From positions 20,376 through 84,375 of the forward strand of contig JAJCXN010000023.1 in assembly GCA_029263415.1 (NCBI GenBank): 64,000 bases of DNA. The letters are read 5' to 3'. The position numbers and the translations under genes are program-made. How positions within the stretch are numbered: position 1 is the stretch's first letter; the number at the start of each line of letters is the position of its first letter. The notes under the pieces are model-generated. The model saw only the letters and a list, made by a program, of their open reading frames with translations, had not been told where the DNA came from and searched no databases. Origin of the DNA: Acidobacteriota bacterium (lineage in GTDB: Bacteria > Acidobacteriota > Thermoanaerobaculia > Multivoradales > Multivoraceae). Shown here piece by piece: positions 58,688 through 64,000 of the stretch.

Positions 58688-60343
58688 CTACTCCACCGGG
58701 GCCATGAAGACACCGTACTCGAGGGGTGGACCGAATTGCCGGGGAACTTTACCGCCCGCCTCATAGGCTTTGAGCCGGCCCTCAGTCGCAGCGCGAACCC
58801 GGCCGCTCAGCTTGCCCTCGACTCTTAGGCGCTCGACCACCAGTCGCTGCAAGCGAACCGCCTCGCGCCAGCGACCAGCAGCTGAAGCCAGTGCCGCCTT
58901 GTACTCAACCCAATGCACCTCCACCATTCCCGAGGATACTGCGCTGCCCGCCGCTTGCAGCTTACCTAGCACTCGTTCCGCTGCCTCGAAGGCAGCTATA
59001 GAAGACTCGCAGGTTGCTGTGAGCCAAACCGCCCGGTAGTCGAACGCCCGTTCTTGAGGGTGGAGGCCACGAGCTCGATCCACCAGGCGTCTCGCCTCAC
59101 TGCAATCGCCGTCGGCCATCGACATCCGAGTCAGGCGTTGGTAGGCAACCACGCTTCCGGGATCAACCTCAAGCAACTCCAACAGCTGAGCCCGAGCACC
59201 ACTGCGATCACCCAGGTGCTCGAGAATCCGAGCTAACAGTCCCCGGGCCTCGCCATTGCGACGATCCTCGGTCACCACTCGCTCTAGATGCAGGAGCGCC
59301 GCTTCCAGATTCCCATCTCTGCTCAAAATTCGGGCTAGCTGGAGACGGGCCTGGGTGTTCCCGGGCTCGATCTCTAGCGCTTCGCTGAGCACCTTGACCG
59401 CCTTTGGTCCGCGCCCTTGTTCAGCCAAGAACCTCGCAAACGCAACCCGTGGAACCACGCTCTTCGGCGCCGCTGCAACCGCCCTTTCGAAGAGCGCCAT
59501 GGCTCTGTCACCTTCGCCTGTGCGGGCGAGTCGGCGCGCTCTTTCAACCAGCCGCCTCGAGTCCTCCCGCAGCGCCATGGCACCTGAAACCACCGAATCA
59601 TCCTGGCTCGGCACCACTAGCCCTTCTGACTTGCCAATCTTCACAGCCGCAAGTTCGAGGTGCTGATCGGCTTGCTCTGTCTCGCCCATCGATCGCAGCG
59701 CAATGCCGAGCGATTGGTGCGCCGCGGTGGATTCGGGTTGTGACGTGACCACCTGCTCAAGACGCTGCTTGGCCGTTTCAAAGTCACCCTCGCTGATGTC
59801 GAGCTGCGCCAGCTCAAAAAGCACCCGAGGCACTGCACTGGCGCCACCCAAGAGTCGCCGAGCTTCCGCCGTATCACCCTCGCCGGCGGCCAGTGATGCT
59901 AGCTCCGTCACAGCGGGAATGTAGTTACCCTCAAGTTCAAGTGTCTCTTCCAACAGCGATCGGGCCAACTCGACGTCACCTGATCGTTGAGCAACCATCG
60001 ACAGCAGGTATGGCCACTGGAAGTCCTTCGGCGCCAAGATCCAGGCGTTGCGTAACAACGGGGCCGCCGACTCGTCGTACTGGTAGGCGAACAACCACCG
60101 CCCAAAGTCGGAGTACGCGGCCAGTAACTGCGCAGAAACGACTGGATCACCGCGATCCTGCCGCTCTAGAAGCGTTGCCAACCGTGAAGCTCGTTCGCTG
60201 TAGCCACGACTAACGCTGGCCTCCGCTTGGTCAAGACCGGCCGGTTCAATCAGCTCCTCCAGCTGAACGGACTCGCGACACGCGACCATCGCGATCAACA
60301 TCCACACGGCAGCCATCGATCGCCGTGGGCACGCGCCCGTCAT
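58688..60343 (-). CDS. TPR-repeat lipoprotein
   Basis: LIAMVAC lipobox; multiple TPR units; ATGA overlap with the upstream gene. Confidence 0.82.
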   Translation of the reverse strand: MTGACPRRSMAAVWMLIAMVACRESVQLEELIEPAGLDQAEASVSRGYSERASRLATLLERQDRGDPVVSAQLLAAYSDFGRWLFAYQYDESAAPLLRNAWILAPKDFQWPYLLSMVAQRSGDVELARSLLEETLELEGNYIPAVTELASLAAGEGDTAEARRLLGGASAVPRVLFELAQLDISEGDFETAKQRLEQVVTSQPESTAAHQSLGIALRSMGETEQADQHLELAAVKIGKSEGLVVPSQDDSVVSGAMALREDSRRLVERARRLARTGEGDRAMALFERAVAAAPKSVVPRVAFARFLAEQGRGPKAVKVLSEALEIEPGNTQARLQLARILSRDGNLEAALLHLERVVTEDRRNGEARGLLARILEHLGDRSGARAQLLELLEVDPGSVVAYQRLTRMSMADGDCSEARRLVDRARGLHPQERAFDYRAVWLTATCESSIAAFEAAERVLGKLQAAGSAVSSGMVEVHWVEYKAALASAAGRWREAVRLQRLVVERLRVEGKLSGRVRAATEGRLKAYEAGGKVPRQFGPPLEYGVFMAPVE

Positions 60344-62088
60344 CGTTGTTCGCCGCCCTGAATCGGCGGGTCCGAAGAGCTTCGACGAATGGTGTGGTAC
60401 TCCGCGACGCCGGTCACGGAGAACGGCTGGCACTCATCTGCGACCCAGCAAACCGTTCCATTGAAGCTCATGCTCGCGAGCGGTTTTCCTTTGACCCAAG
60501 TGCCAAGCCCGACGAGGATGCGCGGGTCGTGCGAGGAGAGGTATCCTCCATCCACGCTCACTCGCCGATAGATCGAGCCGGCGGCGGCTTTTGGAGCGAT
60601 GTCGAGCTTCAGGCGGGCGCCGTAGACATCACGATCCGCTCCGTTCGGCAATGTCTCGACTAGCCTAAACCCCACCCACGGCCTCGAGGAACCGAGCCGG
60701 TTCAACAAGAGCTGGCTCTTTCCGTGATTGTTCATCACCAACAAGTCGGTGTCCCCGTCGTTGTCGACATCGCCGGCGGCGATTCCTCGGCTCACTTGTT
60801 CGGCCTCTCCTTCCAGCAGCGCGCGCTCGACAAAGCGGCCAGTTCGCTGCAAGAAGAGCTGGTTCGACATCACCATCGGGTAGTCGGAACCCGCGAGGGC
60901 CTGCTCCTCGACGATCGTGACCGCACCATTAGCGACCGCCAGATCGAGAAAACCGTCGTTGTCAACATCGGTCGCAACCACACCGAAGCCGGTACTACCA
61001 ACGCTCGGTAGAGCCAGACCTCGCGACTGGGTTTCGTCCAAGAACAACCGAGCTTCTTGGTTCTGATAGAGCGTATTGGTCTCGCCCGCCAGATGAGTTA
61101 GGAACAGATCCTCGAAACCGTCATTGTCTAGATCGGCGGCCACCAGGCCCATGCCCGCCTCCGCCTTGCCGTCAGAATTGACCGCGATCCCAAAGAGCAT
61201 CGCTTCATTTGCGAAGGTCCCATCACCCTGGTTGCGCCAGAAGATGTTGGGTTCCAAGTCGTTAGCGACATAAAGATCTGTGAACCCGTCGCGATCAAGG
61301 TCGGAAGCGATCACGCCAAGTCCATTGCCGTATTGCCGTGCGATGCCGGCGCTCACAGTGACGTTCTCAAAGGTCCCATTGCCGCGATTACGGAACAGAG
61401 AATCGGGTTCGCCGCGGTAGCTATTCGGCGAACAATAGTCCGGACGCCCGGTTGGCCCGGAACACACTTTGGGTCGCTCCAAAGTGAAATCGACGTAGTT
61501 GGTGACGTACAGATCGAGATCGCCATCTCGGTCGTAGTCGAAGAAGGCAGCACTCGCTGACCAGCGTTCATCCACAGCACCACCAGCGCCTTCAACCTCC
61601 TTGAAAGCCCCGTCGCCATCGTTGAGGAACAGCTGGTTTGCGCCAAAGTTGCTCAAGTAGAGATCCAAGTCACCGTCATTGTCGACATCCGCTACAGCAA
61701 CTCCGGTCCCGTATTCGAGCGCACGCACGCCTCGACTCTCGGTCTCATCGACCCAAGACAGGTCGCCACTGCCAGTGGAACCATTCATGAACAGACGCCC
61801 ACCAGGGGCTACCGGTTCAAGAGCACCTTCTCCCAGTGACCGTCCCTGGACAAGATAAGCGTCCAGATCGCCGTCGCCATCGGCATCAAACAAGGCGGCG
61901 CCCGGAGCCATCATTTCGACGAAGAAGGTCTCTCCAGTCATGCCGTTGCGATGGACAAAGGAAATGTCGGACGCGCCCTCAGCTTCCTCGAAGATGGTCT
62001 CGGCCAAAGCGGCCTCTTGCTCGCTGGCACCTGGCGCGCAGGACGTGCTGATTAACGCAATAGCAACCAGGGACGCCACGCCCCACAT
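60340..62088 (-). CDS. CRTAC1-family FG-GAP/ASPIC-UnbV lipoprotein
   Basis: ISTSC lipobox; DxDxDGDLD repeats; C-terminal GARL...GGYLSSHDPRILVGLG (ASPIC/UnbV). ORF open from 62157. Confidence 0.88.
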   Translation of the reverse strand: MWGVASLVAIALISTSCAPGASEQEAALAETIFEEAEGASDISFVHRNGMTGETFFVEMMAPGAALFDADGDGDLDAYLVQGRSLGEGALEPVAPGGRLFMNGSTGSGDLSWVDETESRGVRALEYGTGVAVADVDNDGDLDLYLSNFGANQLFLNDGDGAFKEVEGAGGAVDERWSASAAFFDYDRDGDLDLYVTNYVDFTLERPKVCSGPTGRPDYCSPNSYRGEPDSLFRNRGNGTFENVTVSAGIARQYGNGLGVIASDLDRDGFTDLYVANDLEPNIFWRNQGDGTFANEAMLFGIAVNSDGKAEAGMGLVAADLDNDGFEDLFLTHLAGETNTLYQNQEARLFLDETQSRGLALPSVGSTGFGVVATDVDNDGFLDLAVANGAVTIVEEQALAGSDYPMVMSNQLFLQRTGRFVERALLEGEAEQVSRGIAAGDVDNDGDTDLLVMNNHGKSQLLLNRLGSSRPWVGFRLVETLPNGADRDVYGARLKLDIAPKAAAGSIYRRVSVDGGYLSSHDPRILVGLGTWVKGKPLASMSFNGTVCWVADECQPFSVTGVAEYHTIRRSSSDPPIQGGEQR

Positions 62089-62137
62089 CGACCAGCAAGG
62101 ACTGAACTTGACCGGTTGACCGGAACGCAATCCGGAC

Positions 62138-64000
62138 TCAGCCCTTCTCTGGTGCAAGCTCGGAGACTCGGCGCCGCACCTCCGTCGCCATGGGATGGCG
62201 CGGCACCGCTTTCAAGAAGGCGTTGTAGTGGGTTCTCGCCTTGCTGGGCTGATCCAGCTCTTCAGAATAGACGTGCCCAAGCTGCAAATGAACATCCGGA
62301 AGACTTGGCACCTCAGCAAGCACGGCCTGGAGTTCGCGCTCAGCTTCGACATGCTTGCTCCTGCGGCGCAGAACGATCGCGAGATTCAAGCGAGCCTGCC
62401 AGTACTGCTCTTGTAGCTCAAGCGCTTCGCGGTAAGCACTTTCGGCCTCCCGAAGTTTGCCCTGTTCATCCAGACCCACTCCAAGGTTGTTCCAAGCAGC
62501 AACCAGATCAGGTGCGCGCGCAACCGCTTGCCGCGCGTACAACTCGACGGCCGGCCAATTACCTTCCTGGATCGCGATCGCAGAAAGGTTGTTGTAAGGA
62601 TCAGCGAACGACGGGTGCTGCTCCACTAACACCAAGAGGCTTTTTTTGGCTTCTGCAGACTGACCCTTGTGAAGCAACCCGATAGCGCGGTTGTTGAGCG
62701 CGCCCCGATGGCTAGGCAACGCGGTCAGCACCACGTCGTACTCCTTCATCGCCTCGTCAATCCGACCGTTCTCTGCTAGCCAACCGCCCAAAGCCACCCG
62801 CAAGTCTGCAGCTACTCCATCGCCAAGCCTCAGCGCCTCACGAAGGTGCGCCTCCGTTTCGCCCCCAGCACCCTTGCGTGCCAGCATCAGGCCGACCCGC
62901 TTATGCAAATCCGCATCATCCGGTTCTCGCCTTAACCCCTCTTGGTAGGCCTGCATGGCAGCGTCGTCGTCATTTCGCTGCTCGTAGACTGAGCCGAGTG
63001 CCCGCCAAGCTGGAACAAAGAACGGATCCGCTTTGGTTGCGCCGATCAGACGTGCTTGAGCTGACTCCAGGTCCCGGTTGCGCATTTCCACCATCTGCGC
63101 ATAGTTGACATTCAACACTGGACTATCAGATTGCCGCTCAAGGGCTGCTTCCAACAGCTCACGCGCCTCTTCAGCGCGGCCCAGTTGCATGAGCAGGCGC
63201 GCTTGCTGGCTGGTGCCCTCACTCGAGGCCGGGTCGAGACTCATGGCGACCTCGACCACCTCGAGTGCTAGCGCGGGGTTTCCGCGTTCTGCCTCCAAGC
63301 GAGCCAACAGCCGCTGCATCGCAGCATAGGCCGGGTCCAGAGAGATCGCCCGCTCAACGACTTCGATCGCCTCTCCCGTTCGATCCATACCGGACAGCGC
63401 CCGCGCCATATCCATCATAGCGGCCAGATTATTCGGATCCTGTCGCAAGACTTGTCTAAGCTCGCGCTCCGCAGCTTCATACAGTTCGTCGTTCATCAAT
63501 CGCCGCGACCGCTCGAGGCCGGTGTGAAACGCGATCATCGCCTTCGGGTCGGGCCGAGGTCCATTGACATCTGCGGGGCCGCTGCCAACGGCCAGGTAGC
63601 CGAGAGCCCGCAGCTGCTCCGCCGCGTCTGAATCGAGACTGATCTGGGCCTCTTCCTCGACCCCTCCAACCGAGTCGAGGAATTCGTTCAGATTGCGGTT
63701 GAGGTCGTGAGCGACAGTGGTCTGCTGTGCATGTCGATCCGAGAGTTCTCTAGGATCCCGATCGGTGTTGTACAACTCGGGAGTCGGCGCCTCGATGTAC
63801 TTGTACTGCCCCTCGCGCCAGGTCCGCAGTTGTGCCCACCCGTAGGTGTAGTAGGGAAGATAGGTCTCGGAGTAGATGCCCCGCGTTTGAAATTCCTGGG
63901 GCTGCTCCATCATCTCCAGCAGGCTCTGACCAACCATGCCTTCATGTCGATCAAGACCGACCAAATCCAAAAGGGTCGGTGCGATATCCGCATGTCCCAC
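62138..64000 (-). CDS. Sulfatase-like protein with C-terminal TPR array (5' part outside the window)
   Basis: HADIAPTLLDL..G.SL, YKYIEAPTPELYN...DP.E, LRALGYL and PDPK, followed by about 12 TPRs. Confidence 0.88.
   Translation of the reverse strand: MGHADIAPTLLDLVGLDRHEGMVGQSLLEMMEQPQEFQTRGIYSETYLPYYTYGWAQLRTWREGQYKYIEAPTPELYNTDRDPRELSDRHAQQTTVAHDLNRNLNEFLDSVGGVEEEAQISLDSDAAEQLRALGYLAVGSGPADVNGPRPDPKAMIAFHTGLERSRRLMNDELYEAAERELRQVLRQDPNNLAAMMDMARALSGMDRTGEAIEVVERAISLDPAYAAMQRLLARLEAERGNPALALEVVEVAMSLDPASSEGTSQQARLLMQLGRAEEARELLEAALERQSDSPVLNVNYAQMVEMRNRDLESAQARLIGATKADPFFVPAWRALGSVYEQRNDDDAAMQAYQEGLRREPDDADLHKRVGLMLARKGAGGETEAHLREALRLGDGVAADLRVALGGWLAENGRIDEAMKEYDVVLTALPSHRGALNNRAIGLLHKGQSAEAKKSLLVLVEQHPSFADPYNNLSAIAIQEGNWPAVELYARQAVARAPDLVAAWNNLGVGLDEQGKLREAESAYREALELQEQYWQARLNLAIVLRRRSKHVEAERELQAVLAEVPSLPDVHLQLGHVYSEELDQPSKARTHYNAFLKAVPRHPMATEVRRRVSELAPEKG

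Noticed and set aside
1-64000. rRNA, tRNA, transposase/integrase, known riboswitches, and the many short overlapping ORFs in the track
   Set aside because: No recognisable signatures by eye. The short ORFs are alternate-frame or antisense shadows expected at high GC.

Overview
A GC-rich bacterial chromosomal window with about 45 protein-coding genes. I could not support any rRNA, tRNA, CRISPR array or mobile element. An Acidobacteriota origin (probably Thermoanaerobaculia-like) is inferred from an acidobacterial VWFA-related protein, sulfatase-TPR and CRTAC1/ASPIC-UnbV genes, and IFxDGFESG-tailed secreted proteins. Contents in order: a CheB-CheR-PAS fusion plus a hybrid histidine kinase; a loosely packed accessory region (5-20 kb) of secreted beta-propeller/beta-helix proteins; an S9 peptidase with a VPS10/BNR protein; a RoxA-like di-heme cytochrome c; DsbA, MAPEG, CopC-like, DUF2237 and HD-GYP genes; amidohydrolase, amidase and deoxyhypusine synthase-like genes; a K+ channel; a MacB-type ABC exporter with three tandem periplasmic adaptors; glycosyltransferases; a form II coxGSLM molybdenum hydroxylase; acyl-CoA dehydrogenase; pyk; and a sulfatase-TPR/CRTAC1/TPR operon. 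The most striking signal is three unrelated signal-peptide-bearing proteins (FG-GAP, ELWxxDGT, CSLREA/choice-of-anchor) that all end in the same motif, IFxDGFESG[DN]TxxW. It is conserved at the protein level but not the DNA level and is a candidate uncharacterised C-terminal sorting or docking signal. All family calls come from motif recognition by eye, and no database searches were run.
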